DNA of 28,168 nt from a virus. The DNA lies in the IMG/VR virus record IMGVR_UViG_3300027908_000023, positions 70,369-98,536 of that record, one strand, 5' to 3'. How positions within the stretch are numbered: position 1 is the stretch's first letter; each line of letters opens with the position of its first letter. The translations under genes were made by a program, and so were the position numbers. Below are positions 16,101 to 24,727 of the stretch, piece by piece. The notes beneath the pieces were generated by a model. It was given only the letters and a program-made list of their open reading frames with translations. It was not told where the DNA came from and did not search any database.

Positions 16101-16481
16101 TTACAGCGCCCCTGCCTCGCGCAACTGATCGATCATATCACCAACACTCCTGACCTCAAGACAAATACCGCCAACCGCACGAACATTGGTCTGAAACGCC
16201 AACTGATCAGGATTCAACTTGCCACGACCAGTCTTGCATTCGCAACCGAAGAACACGCCTTCGTGAATGCGCGTGACTGGTGATCCAGCCAATCCCTTGC
16301 GCCTGACGCGCTGGATAATACCCAGGATGTCCGGCGTGCCAGGCGGACTGAACTGGACATAGCTTCCCTTGGCGTTGCGAAGACCTCCACTGTTCTGCCG
16401 CCAACAGGCGATACCCAATTTGTGGAGTGCCTTGAGGCAATCACCCACAAGTGTTTTCTTGGTGGATTCGCGCATGGCCAT
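16101..16481 (-). CDS. VRR-NUC (PD-(D/E)XK) nuclease / resolvase
   Basis: WRQNSG, GTPDILG, CECKT, LNPDQLAF, GG...VRSV. Confidence 0.85.
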   Translation of the reverse strand: MAMRESTKKTLVGDCLKALHKLGIACWRQNSGGLRNAKGSYVQFSPPGTPDILGIIQRVRRKGLAGSPVTRIHEGVFFGCECKTGRGKLNPDQLAFQTNVRAVGGICLEVRSVGDMIDQLREAGAL

Positions 16482-16681
16482 CAGGCTGCCCTCTTGATCT
16501 CATCGGGAATATCTACTTGGCTTGTGACTGTTTGTTTGCCATGCCAGGCGATGATGCGATGATAGATCCACTCGCACAGTCCGAACAACATGCCAGCCAC
16601 GATGAGGCCAGCGAAGCCAAGAACAACATGCAAGGCGATACCCTCCATGAGAAAGTCAAGACATTGCTTCAGAGGCATCAT
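16481..16681 (-). CDS. small membrane protein
   Basis: One long hydrophobic helix; coupled. Confidence 0.5.
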   Translation of the reverse strand: MMPLKQCLDFLMEGIALHVVLGFAGLIVAGMLFGLCEWIYHRIIAWHGKQTVTSQVDIPDEIKRAA

Positions 16682-17148
16682 GCCGCTTTCCTTTCAGAAA
16701 CTCCACGCTTGCTCACCCGATCCCACATAACAATGCTCCCCGCTGTCGAAACATTGAGGCACACCTTCGTCGGTGCGATCTGCACGCGAAGATGACATTG
16801 ATCAAGGATGCTACCGCTCAGCCCGTGATCCTCCGCGCCCAAAAGATAGACGCAACGATCCGGGTGGATAAACGTCTTCAGATCAAAGCTGTCTTCCGTC
16901 AACTCCACGCCGGCAATCGGACAGGAATAAGGCAGATGCGAAATCAGATCATCCATGTCGGCAAAGTGCAGCATCGGCACATGACACCAGGCTTTCGTTG
17001 TATCGCTCGCCTGCCGTTTGAATCTGGCACCGACCGTGAAGACGAAATCAGCACCGAACGAGTAGGCCGACCGCCACATGGTCCCTTGATTGCAGTCGTG
17101 CTTGCCATGCCAGATGCCGATACCGAAATAGCCGCGCTTGACCATCAT
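16678..17148 (-). CDS. SpoU/TrmH-family (SPOUT) RNA methyltransferase
   Basis: NQGTMWRSA (motif 1), LLGAEDHGLS (motif 2), CLNVSTAGSIVM (motif 3). Confidence 0.9.
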   Translation of the reverse strand: MMVKRGYFGIGIWHGKHDCNQGTMWRSAYSFGADFVFTVGARFKRQASDTTKAWCHVPMLHFADMDDLISHLPYSCPIAGVELTEDSFDLKTFIHPDRCVYLLGAEDHGLSGSILDQCHLRVQIAPTKVCLNVSTAGSIVMWDRVSKRGVSERKAA

Positions 17149-17429
17149 GCCGCCCTCCGCTCTTGCTTGTCCGGGTTGGCCTTGCCGAGCATCTTGTCCC
17201 GGAGCGTCTCATAGTGACCGAACGAGTTGCGCAGCGCCATAACCTCGGGTTTCAAGAGCGCCGCCGCGTCTTGCCAGCCGTCATCGTGGCCTTTCTGGTA
17301 GCCGATCTCGTAGCCTTTCTCCACCGAGATCCGGCAAACCTCGCGGCAGATCAAAGCGAATCCCAGAAGGATCAGCGATCCTCCAACAATTCCGACCGTC
17401 CACATGAGCCATTCCATTGTCTCGATCAT
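17145..17429 (-). CDS. membrane-anchored protein with GYxxG repeats
   Basis: TM helix then KGYEIGYQKGHDDG. Confidence 0.55.
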   Translation of the reverse strand: MIETMEWLMWTVGIVGGSLILLGFALICREVCRISVEKGYEIGYQKGHDDGWQDAAALLKPEVMALRNSFGHYETLRDKMLGKANPDKQERRAA

Positions 17430-17443
17430 CCGTGACTTCCTGC

Positions 17444-17547
17444 TTTCATTTAGTATTTTGCAGTTTGCATTCAGTATTTTGCATTCATAGAGCCACACGC
17501 GAAATACTGCAAAATAGAAAATGCAAAGTGCAAAAGGCAGAATTCAG
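17444..17547. repeat. 104-bp heptamer-built palindromic element, copy 1 (degenerate right arm)
   Basis: Six 7-mers TTTCATT TAGTATT TTGCAGT TTGCATT CAGTATT TTGCATT, a 20-nt loop, then six imperfect complementary 7-mers. Confidence 0.85.
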
Positions 17548-17921
17548 TTTTCCTCGCCGGTTTCAAGCCACTTGAGCATACCGCCAAGTGCCTTCGGCAA
17601 CTCGCTGGCACTCATGCCACCCTCTGCCGTCGTGCCATTGCTATGAACCATGTCCCAGCGCATCCCGTGCGGCCCCAGCACTTCGACGATGAGTTCGCGG
17701 CCGTCGCGTTCCCAACCCATAATAATTGTCTTCTTGTTGGTCAATGCCAATACTTCTGGATCACCGGCGTTACTCTCCTCGATGACATCCGTGAGATCGA
17801 GCATCGCGGCGCGAACCGGCTCGGGACATTTCTTGGCCAGCGGCGAATCCCACTCGTCGCGGAACTCCGCCAGGCAATGAATGATCAGTGCGGCATCGCG
17901 CAAGGTTTCTTTGGTCAGCAT
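17544..17921 (-). CDS. hypothetical protein
   Basis: Fits the operon; GGAGG upstream. Confidence 0.6.
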   Translation of the reverse strand: MLTKETLRDAALIIHCLAEFRDEWDSPLAKKCPEPVRAAMLDLTDVIEESNAGDPEVLALTNKKTIIMGWERDGRELIVEVLGPHGMRWDMVHSNGTTAEGGMSASELPKALGGMLKWLETGEEN

Positions 17922-17923
17922 GC

Positions 17924-18520
17924 TTATTCTTTTCCTCCAAGCTCCACGAACCTCTGGAGAAACTCGCGCCTGGCGCGCTCAGGCGTCCACGCTTCCAGTT
18001 TTATCGGGAACACTTCGGGCAGTTCCCAGAGTTTCCAGTTATCAACCAGCGTGTCGTAGAGCCAGCGCGCTTCCGTGGCAAGCATCACGTTGTCGGCATG
18101 ATGCACGCTTTCTGGCATCGGCCAAGTGAGGCCAAAGCGTTCGATGATGACCTGAGTAATCTTGTCCTCAAGCCAGGTATAGGGCTTGACCTCGCCCTGA
18201 TAATCAATGAGCAGATGCCGTTTGACCGGTCGCGGCATGTCGATCCCGACAATTCCTTCAGCCGTATCGTGAAGTAATCCCCAGAGACAGATAGAGATTT
18301 CCTGCTTGCTGCTCTGGAGAACCTCTGAGACATGGACACTGTGCTGCGCCACGCTCAGGTTGCTTTCGCCGCCGAAACGATGGATGTTTGAGAGAGAATG
18401 AGCGATGTCGGTGATGGAGACATCCTCTGGCCGGTAATCGAGACACCACACCTGCCGCCCTGAAACGCACTGCCGCCAGTCACCGACACGCGGCCGCTCT
18501 TTGTCGTCGCTCGCTGACAT
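17924..18520 (-). CDS. HD-domain 5'-deoxynucleotidase (YfbR/YfdR-like)
   Basis: DIAHSLSNIHRFGG, SVAQHSV, GLLHDTAE, DMPRPVK, HADNVMLATE. Confidence 0.9.
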   Translation of the reverse strand: MSASDDKERPRVGDWRQCVSGRQVWCLDYRPEDVSITDIAHSLSNIHRFGGESNLSVAQHSVHVSEVLQSSKQEISICLWGLLHDTAEGIVGIDMPRPVKRHLLIDYQGEVKPYTWLEDKITQVIIERFGLTWPMPESVHHADNVMLATEARWLYDTLVDNWKLWELPEVFPIKLEAWTPERARREFLQRFVELGGKE

Positions 18521-18564
18521 GCTTTGTCTCCGTTGCAACACAATCTCTTTCCTCTACTGCCGAA

Positions 18565-19194
18565 TCAAGGCAACTTCCATACCTGATTGGCCATCACGCC
18601 CAGCCGCCACAACGGCCAAGCATCGATGAAGCGCAAACAATCTGAAAACGCATCTTTACTCCCCTCCATTGGAACCACCCAGCGATGCGTGAAGGTCATT
18701 TGCTTTTGTCTGGCATAGTTCTGCCAGTCGCGCAACAACCTCACGCCGTTCCAACCGGCACGAAGGATGATCTCTCCCGCACCGTAGAGCGTGTTCATCT
18801 GCTCTGGCTTGCCGTCCGGCATGAGCGAGATGAAGTCGCAATACCTCTCGCGAAACTCGGCCTCGCCCTGTCCGGTCGTGGACATGCCGATGCGGACGTT
18901 GAGTTTGCGCAGTTCTTCCAGTAAAGGCTCCAGGTCGTGCTCGCACGGCTCCGCACCGCCAAGCCAGACCCACGGGCAGGATTTGGTATCGTACAGAAGC
19001 CGACTGACCCGTTCGGCGACCTGCTCACCGGAGAACTTGTCTGCCGGGCGCGATAGCGGACAAACATTCTCGTCCATGTCAGGACCAGATGCGCCGGCGA
19101 ACGTCACCTTGATGATCGGCGTGCCGAGCAGGTGTCCGCAATCGCGGAAGGATCTGGCGACGTTGGCGACGGGATAGAGGACGGACATGATCAC
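18565..19194 (-). CDS. QueE-like protein lacking the radical-SAM CxxxCxxC motif
   Basis: Collinear with QueE (YPVANVARSF..G..LGTP...FAG; LGGAEP; ISLMP; WRLGVMANQV), but the cluster loop reads AGASGPDMDENVCPLS. Confidence 0.65.
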   Translation of the reverse strand: MIMSVLYPVANVARSFRDCGHLLGTPIIKVTFAGASGPDMDENVCPLSRPADKFSGEQVAERVSRLLYDTKSCPWVWLGGAEPCEHDLEPLLEELRKLNVRIGMSTTGQGEAEFRERYCDFISLMPDGKPEQMNTLYGAGEIILRAGWNGVRLLRDWQNYARQKQMTFTHRWVVPMEGSKDAFSDCLRFIDAWPLWRLGVMANQVWKLP

Positions 19195-19706
19195 CCCTCC
19201 GGGAACAGTTCCAGTTGAACCATCCGCTTGTGCAGGTCGATGTAGTGTTGCGACTCCAGCGCGTTGAGGCCATGACGCTGAGCGATCTCAGTGAAGCCTC
19301 CTACGGTCATATCGTGCAATCTCATCCTCAGCTTCGGCCGATTGGCGTTGTCGTACTTGATCGCACCGGTCTTCTTGTCACGAACCACGTTCAGATGGGT
19401 GAGTTCGTGCTCCAGGAGTGCCAGGCGCTCAGGCTCGGAGTCATGTTCTTCCCACCAATCGCTGTCAACGTGAAGCGAGCAATCCTTGGCACCCTTGACA
19501 CGCTGCTCGTAAGGCGTGATCTTGATGATGGCGGCGCATGGATAGCCGTGAAGTTGCAGGGCGGATTTCTTGCTCTTTCCTGATGCTTCGGCCATCATGG
19601 TTTTGATCGTGACATCGGCCTCGATCAGTTCTTTGAAGGAGTGATGCTGCTTGGCTTGTTCCAGAAGTTCAAGGACAGCTTCTGGTGGTGGGAAGAGAAC
19701 GGGCAT
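19191..19706 (-). CDS. putative phage metallopeptidase
   Basis: ALLEHELTH (HExxH) and RLHD...GF.EIAQRHG. Confidence 0.8.
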   Translation of the reverse strand: MPVLFPPPEAVLELLEQAKQHHSFKELIEADVTIKTMMAEASGKSKKSALQLHGYPCAAIIKITPYEQRVKGAKDCSLHVDSDWWEEHDSEPERLALLEHELTHLNVVRDKKTGAIKYDNANRPKLRMRLHDMTVGGFTEIAQRHGLNALESQHYIDLHKRMVQLELFPEG

Positions 19707-19724
19707 GGGACTTTACCTCTTGGG

Positions 19725-20057
19725 TTATTGTTGTTTGACCACCGCCACCCACACCACGGCCTGCCGGCCACTTCGCGTCTTTCGCGTTCGTCCCGAATCC
19801 TTGATGAATCCCTGATCCAGACACTCAATCCGCCGTGGCCGTTGCGTGGACGGGTTCATACTCAATTTCGTCTGAATTTCTTCGTCCGTCAAGCCCACTT
19901 CTCCCGATTCCCGGATCGCTGTCAAGACTTTGAGTTGGAGTCTGCCGGTCAGCGGCTCTATGCTGGTTGCGGCCTCTTTTGAGGTTGGCGAATGCTGCTG
20001 CGCTGGTGGCGTCAGCGGTTCAATCTCTTTGAGGAACAGGTCGCGCTGTGCTGCCAT
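19725..20057 (-). CDS. winged-helix DNA-binding phage protein
   Basis: TSKEAA...GLTDEEIQTKLSMNPSTQRPRRIEC...TRSGRQAVVW. Confidence 0.75.
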   Translation of the reverse strand: MAAQRDLFLKEIEPLTPPAQQHSPTSKEAATSIEPLTGRLQLKVLTAIRESGEVGLTDEEIQTKLSMNPSTQRPRRIECLDQGFIKDSGRTRKTRSGRQAVVWVAVVKQQ

Positions 20058-20077
20058 GACAGATGCGCCTCCGGTGC

Positions 20078-20251
20078 CTAGAGGTATTTATCTAACATGC
20101 TAATAGCAATCCACATGACGAGAACAAGACCTCCCAGCGCCAGGACGGCGCAGAAGCCGAACCACCAGGCGAACCGCCGTGTGCGCTGATCGATGCGACG
20201 TTGCATCTCATCGAAGGAATCGAATTCTTCGTTGTGCTTGAAGAGAGTCAT
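20078..20251 (-). CDS. small membrane protein (57 aa)
   Basis: Hand translation MTLFKHNEEF...FAWWFGFCAVLALGGLVLVMWIAISMLDKYL*; ATGA overlap. Confidence 0.6.
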   Translation of the reverse strand: MTLFKHNEEFDSFDEMQRRIDQRTRRFAWWFGFCAVLALGGLVLVMWIAISMLDKYL

Positions 20252-20660
20252 GATTGCTCTTTCTCCTCATGATCAGCGAGCCATTGATCCGCCACCACCA
20301 GCGCCTCATAGGGGCATTTGAACTCGCCGCGATGCTCTGTATGCATGTCGAATTCCAGCGGCATGTCGTAACCATTGATGGTTCGTACCCGCCAATACAG
20401 GCCAATCTTATGCCTGGACATCGGCACCACGTAGAGGCCGCGACGTATCATCACATCATGGGCGTTCCGTGCCAGGGCGATGAAGTGGGCGTTGGTGCCG
20501 ATGGGTTCGGGACCTTCGGGTTTGCCGCAATCGTTGAGGCCATAATGGCTCGACATGCAGGTGGTAGAAACCGGCACGCCGTTGGCATCGCGGACCAAGC
20601 CCCAATCGTCATGCTCTAACGGACGAACACGCCACGGTGCCGGCGAGAGTTTGTTGAGAT
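20248..20660 (-). CDS. phage protein (Ead/'TPGPW'-like) whose start lies in or before the CRISPR repeat
   Basis: LNKLSPAPWRV...NAHFIALARNA pattern; the only in-frame starts upstream of this motif are inside the mini-array. Confidence 0.65.
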
Positions 20661-21193
20661 GTTGCAATCTTCCTCCCATTGCACTGGCTGTTGTTACCAC
20701 GGATCAGGTACAGGTCTATCCGCTGACCATCGGGGGTTGCAATCTTCCTGCCATTGCACTGGCTGTTGTTACTATCCAGAATCGGCAAATCGCGCCAACC
20801 TTCCAACTCTTCGCCTGGATGAATACGGATACTCAATCCTCTGGCCACCAAATCAAAGCGGCGATCAGATTCCTCTCGGCAAGGCCGTCGTGGTCCTGGA
20901 TAAACTTCGGCGCTGCGAACTGTTTCCCAGAAGCCATGAACCTTGGCGAATTTGTCCTTGCCGTCCAGCAGAATACGCTCTACTTCGATCTGTCGTAACT
21001 CCTTCAACAACGACAAGAGTTCTTCAGCATCATAGTCCGCTTCAAACCAGGATGCCAGCAGGCGAACCGCCGGGAAACCATAACCATCAACAACCTGGAG
21101 GTTAAACCCGTGTGGCTTCGGATCGTGAAAGATCAGCAGATTGAGCGCCAGCAACTCTTGCTGAATGGCGCTGACGAGTTCCGCTTCGCTCAT
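20609..21193 (-). CDS. hypothetical protein reading through the mini-array
   Basis: Start MSEAEL after GAGGAG; the repeats translate as NNSQCNGRKIAT twice. Confidence 0.55.
   Translation of the reverse strand: MSEAELVSAIQQELLALNLLIFHDPKPHGFNLQVVDGYGFPAVRLLASWFEADYDAEELLSLLKELRQIEVERILLDGKDKFAKVHGFWETVRSAEVYPGPRRPCREESDRRFDLVARGLSIRIHPGEELEGWRDLPILDSNNSQCNGRKIATPDGQRIDLYLIRGNNSQCNGRKIATSQQTLAGTVACSSVRA
20661..20772 (-). CRISPR. mini-array: two type-B repeats and one 38-bp spacer
   Basis: Repeats 20661-20697 and 20736-20772, GTTGCAATCTTCCT(C/G)CCATTGCACTGGCTGTTGTTAC; the second is identical to 27845-27881. Confidence 0.9.
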
Positions 21194-21203
21194 GGCTGGC
21201 TCC

Positions 21204-22568
21204 TCAGAATCCGCGCACCTGATTTTCAGCGAAGAGCGTCCGGCCACGGTCGTAATCCAGGGTGATGTCCCCCACGGGGCCGTTGCGGTTCTTCTCGACC
21301 TGGACAACCAGTTCACGCGGGTTGTTGTCGGCATCAGGCTGATGGAGCATCAACACCACGTCGGCATCCTGCTCCAATTCTCCAGATCCTCTCAGATCAG
21401 AAAGTTTCGGCCGGCTGTCGGCGCGGGATTCGACCTCGCGATTGAGCTGCGCCAGCGCTAGTATTGGGATATTTAGTTCCCGCGCCAAGAACTTCAACCT
21501 CCTTGAGATCGCGGCCAATTGCTCGTGCCTCGGATCGCGGCGATTGTCTGGCTCAATCAGTTGGAGATAATCAATGACTACCAGGCCAAGCGGGATTTCC
21601 TCCTTGCGCGTCTTGGCGCGGAGAGCGAGCCTTCGCGCGTTGCTGGCGATCCTCAAGACATTCTGACCTGGGCTGTCGTCGATCCAGAACGGCAGCGCCG
21701 ACAGCGCATCACCAGCCTGCCCGATCAGACTACTCTCTTCAGGAGTTATCCGGCAATGCTTGAAGGCGCGCTGTTCGACACCGGAACCGGCACAGAGCAA
21801 CCGTTCGGCTAAATCCAGACGCGACTGCTCCAGACTGGCAAAGAACACGCCAAGAACCTCGCCGGCACGCCGTGCCAGCGCGAGCGATAGCGCGGTTTTG
21901 CCCACAGACGGACGGGCGGCAAGCAGAATCAATTCCCCGGGCTGCCAGCCGGCCGTCATGGCATCAAGGCTGTCGAACCCCGACGAGATGCCGGATACCT
22001 CGCTGTGACTCTTGGCTCTCTGATCGAGCCGGTCATAGACCTCGTGGATGATTTCCGACATCTTGTACAGGTTACCAGAAACGCCCATCGTCGCGATGGC
22101 GAAGATGCGTTTCTCAGCACTTTGCAAAATCTCCTCTGCCGAACCGGCCGCACGCTCGGCTTCTTCGGATATGATCTGCGCCGCGATGGAGAGTTCGCGA
22201 AGGATCGAGGCGTCGCGAACTCGTTCCGCATGGTAGACCGCGTTGGCACCGGTCGGAACCTCGTCCCACAAGCGAGCCAAGAAGGTATGCCCCTCCATCG
22301 ACTTTTCGCCCGGCCGATCCGCCAAGCCACCCAACTGCGACAACTCGTTGCGGCGATGGAGCAGGTCCGCCACGCTCACCAGATCGATCGGTTTGGCCTT
22401 GTCGTAGAGTTCCAGTTGTGCCTGATAGACCAGTCCGTGCGCATGGTCGCGAAAGTTCTTCGCGGCAAGCAGTGGCGCTATTTCCGCCAAGACGGTTGGC
22501 CAGCGGAAGATACCACCGATGACGGCGCGCTCACTGTCGTTCAAAACTCGCAACTTCTCTTCGCTCAT
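21204..22568 (-). CDS. dnaB: replicative DNA helicase DnaB
   Basis: AARPSVGKT (Walker A), VIDYLQL, LAQLNR, LSDLRGSGELEQDAD, KNRNGP. Confidence 0.97.
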   Translation of the reverse strand: MSEEKLRVLNDSERAVIGGIFRWPTVLAEIAPLLAAKNFRDHAHGLVYQAQLELYDKAKPIDLVSVADLLHRRNELSQLGGLADRPGEKSMEGHTFLARLWDEVPTGANAVYHAERVRDASILRELSIAAQIISEEAERAAGSAEEILQSAEKRIFAIATMGVSGNLYKMSEIIHEVYDRLDQRAKSHSEVSGISSGFDSLDAMTAGWQPGELILLAARPSVGKTALSLALARRAGEVLGVFFASLEQSRLDLAERLLCAGSGVEQRAFKHCRITPEESSLIGQAGDALSALPFWIDDSPGQNVLRIASNARRLALRAKTRKEEIPLGLVVIDYLQLIEPDNRRDPRHEQLAAISRRLKFLARELNIPILALAQLNREVESRADSRPKLSDLRGSGELEQDADVVLMLHQPDADNNPRELVVQVEKNRNGPVGDITLDYDRGRTLFAENQVRGF

Positions 22569-23632
22569 TAGACGGCCCCATTGCCTTGAGTTGACGCATC
22601 ACTCGTCTGAACTGCTGATCGCTCACCTGAAGCGATTCCTGACGGGTTTCCGACCGCGTGGCGCGCGGCGTTGATCTCTGCCATCGACGGCCCATCGCGC
22701 AGATGCGGTTTCGAGAACAGCGGGTCGGGCGTTTGCGGCTTCTTTTCTGGTTCTCGGTTGATTGCCGATTGGATCTGGTTTTCCGGCAGGTACATTTGCC
22801 AGTTGCCGGTTTCCTCGAAGAACGCCTTGGCCGATTGTCGGGCTTTTTTGAGGATTTCGTTCTTGCGGCAATGGGCCGCGTAGGCGTCGGCACAGGCTTT
22901 CAATTGCTCAGGCGTTTTGCCGGCATCGAGCAAGGTCAAAATCTCCGGGACGGCGAACGACTGGTGGATCGTCTGAACGGTTCGCTGGTAGTGCTCGAAG
23001 ACCTTCTTGGCACCTGGGAACAAATCCGGCCGGTCAGCGGCCAGGACGAGCCGGCGCGGAAGATTTTGCGCAGATTGCACGGCCGGCGCAGCAAATCCAT
23101 TCTTCGCCTCTTCGCTGATCTTCTCCGAAGGAACAACCAAACTATCCCCCTCTGGGGGTTTGGGGGTTGTATTTAATACTGTTCTGTCCTGTACTGTAGG
23201 CGCAACATTCGTGACAGGCTCGCGCAACGATGGCGCAACATCGGTTGCGCTGGCGCGCAACACTTCTGCTTGACTTTTCTGGTTAGCTCGACTTTTCTGC
23301 ATACGTTTCGCGGCCGACAGGCGCTTTTTAGCGGAATTCCCCATCCAACGCTCAAAGTTTACGAATTCGATACAGCCGTTGGTTTGCCTCATCCAACCCA
23401 CCTGACACATGGCTGGCACGAAGCGGTTCATCGGTGCCGAACAGACGTGTGACAACTGCGCAACAGAAACGTAGCGCAAGAAGCCATCCGCCGACTGGCC
23501 ATCCGCCCAGCTCCACAGTTGCAAGAGCGCGAACACGGTTTCAGCGATCGACAGACCGCACGCTTCCGCGAGGTAGAGCGTCTCCTCTTTGTGGGGTAGA
23601 TCCTTGCAGTAAGGAATCCAGTCACCGGCCAT
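22568..23632 (-). CDS. phage replication initiator (lambda O-like position)
   Basis: MAGDWI...LLQLWSWAD N-terminal domain, basic KKR..AKRMQKSR linker, directly upstream of dnaB, contains iterons. Confidence 0.75.
   Translation of the reverse strand: MAGDWIPYCKDLPHKEETLYLAEACGLSIAETVFALLQLWSWADGQSADGFLRYVSVAQLSHVCSAPMNRFVPAMCQVGWMRQTNGCIEFVNFERWMGNSAKKRLSAAKRMQKSRANQKSQAEVLRASATDVAPSLREPVTNVAPTVQDRTVLNTTPKPPEGDSLVVPSEKISEEAKNGFAAPAVQSAQNLPRRLVLAADRPDLFPGAKKVFEHYQRTVQTIHQSFAVPEILTLLDAGKTPEQLKACADAYAAHCRKNEILKKARQSAKAFFEETGNWQMYLPENQIQSAINREPEKKPQTPDPLFSKPHLRDGPSMAEINAARHAVGNPSGIASGERSAVQTSDASTQGNGAV
23160..23261. repeat. putative replication origin: 11-bp-phased GCGCAAC iterons
   Basis: GCGCAAC at 23200, 23222, 23233 and 23255, inverted at 23244; adjacent CTGTN pentamers and AT-rich TGTATTTAATACT. 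Confidence 0.65.
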
Positions 23633-23984
23633 GAGCGCTACCCTCCTGCCAGGCACGATCAGGAGCGGTATAGCGGTTGTGAAGGAAGCGGTCAAGAGAT
23701 CGCGTCCAGCCGGGAATCCGCACGCCGGAATCGTCCTCGACCAGCCAGCCGCGCTCTACCAATGCCACGAAGAAGGCCATGTCTGTGTTGTCGATGACCT
23801 GATGAAGCTGATGGATCTTGGCCAGGCCGAGCATCCCATCCATCCCGTACTGTTCGACGTAGAGCCATAGATCAAGAAGCGAAAGCAGCACTTCCGAGAC
23901 GTTCCGGTTCAACTCCTGAGCCAACAAGAAGACCTCGGAGCGCTTCGCCAGGCTTCGATGATACGGAACCGCCTTTGCTGCCAT
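23622..23984 (-). CDS. stand-alone paralog of the initiator N-terminal domain
   Basis: VPYHRSL..RSEV..LA...VSEVLLSLLDLW...DG...ALVERGWL aligns by eye with IPYCKDL..KEET..LA...IAETVFALLQLW...DG...AMCQVGWM. Confidence 0.65.
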   Translation of the reverse strand: MAAKAVPYHRSLAKRSEVFLLAQELNRNVSEVLLSLLDLWLYVEQYGMDGMLGLAKIHQLHQVIDNTDMAFFVALVERGWLVEDDSGVRIPGWTRSLDRFLHNRYTAPDRAWQEGSAHGR

Positions 23985-24023
23985 CGCGTCTCCTCCAGGT
24001 GCCAACTTCGCCAGCCTTCTGCC

Positions 24024-24344
24024 TCATCCGCACAGCGCCGCCCCCGGACAGGCCATCACTTCTTCCTCGAACAACTCCACCCTCTCCCTGGCAATCGTGC
24101 CCGTACTGGACTCGATGACCGAACAGCCGTAGCAAAACGCGACCCCACCGGCAAATCCACTGGCGATCTGTTCCACCACCACGTAGCGCGTTCCTGAAGC
24201 GCCCAGGTGATTCTTCGCCCGGTGAACCAGCACGGCACCGATCGCGTGCTTGAAACCGAGCCAATCAAGCGAGCGCTGACGTTCCGCGCTGGCAGTTGAT
24301 TCCTTGACGCGGTTGCCGTTGCTATTAGTTTTTACCACGGGCAT
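24024..24344 (-). CDS. hypothetical protein
   Basis: AAGGAG RBS before MPVVKT. Confidence 0.55.
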   Translation of the reverse strand: MPVVKTNSNGNRVKESTASAERQRSLDWLGFKHAIGAVLVHRAKNHLGASGTRYVVVEQIASGFAGGVAFCYGCSVIESSTGTIARERVELFEEEVMACPGAALCG

Positions 24345-24504
24345 GGTTTCGTCTCCTTGTGTTTGGGCCGGCTTCATATAGTTCGACCTCTGGAGATAGT
24401 CAAGGCTATTATTTTAGCGGAATCTGGATGCGGCTCAAGAGATGGCGGCGCGATTATCAGGAATGGAGAAAATGCGTGAAAGTGTAATCGCTAAAACAGT
24501 GGAA

Positions 24505-24608
24505 TTTCATTTAGTATTTTGCAGTTTGCATTTTAGATTTTGCATTGTTCAGCACATGGCTTGATGAATGCAAAATCTAAAATGCAAACTGCAAAATACT
24601 GAATGAAA
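24505..24608. repeat. 104-bp heptamer-built palindromic element, copy 2 (42-bp arms, 41/42 complementary)
   Basis: Arms 24505-24546 and 24567-24608, 20-nt loop; first 28 nt identical to copy 1. Confidence 0.92.
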
Positions 24609-24690
24609 GAAATCGCCTCCGCGCCGTCGATCGACAACGAGCCGATCCGCCGTTCGCAACGTGCGTCGCAAGGGGAGCGGAGATTGACAT

Positions 24691-24727
24691 GTTGCAACCT
24701 TCATCCCGTTACACCGGGCATTGTTAC
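24691..24727 (-). CRISPR. solitary CRISPR repeat (type C)
   Basis: GTTGCAACCTTCATCCCGTTACACCGGGCATTGTTAC, identical to 27995-28031 and 28070-28106. Confidence 0.92.

Noticed and set aside
17430-17498. Longer start MWLYECKILNANCKIL for the 17145 gene
   Set aside because: The extension is just translation of the heptamer repeat arm.
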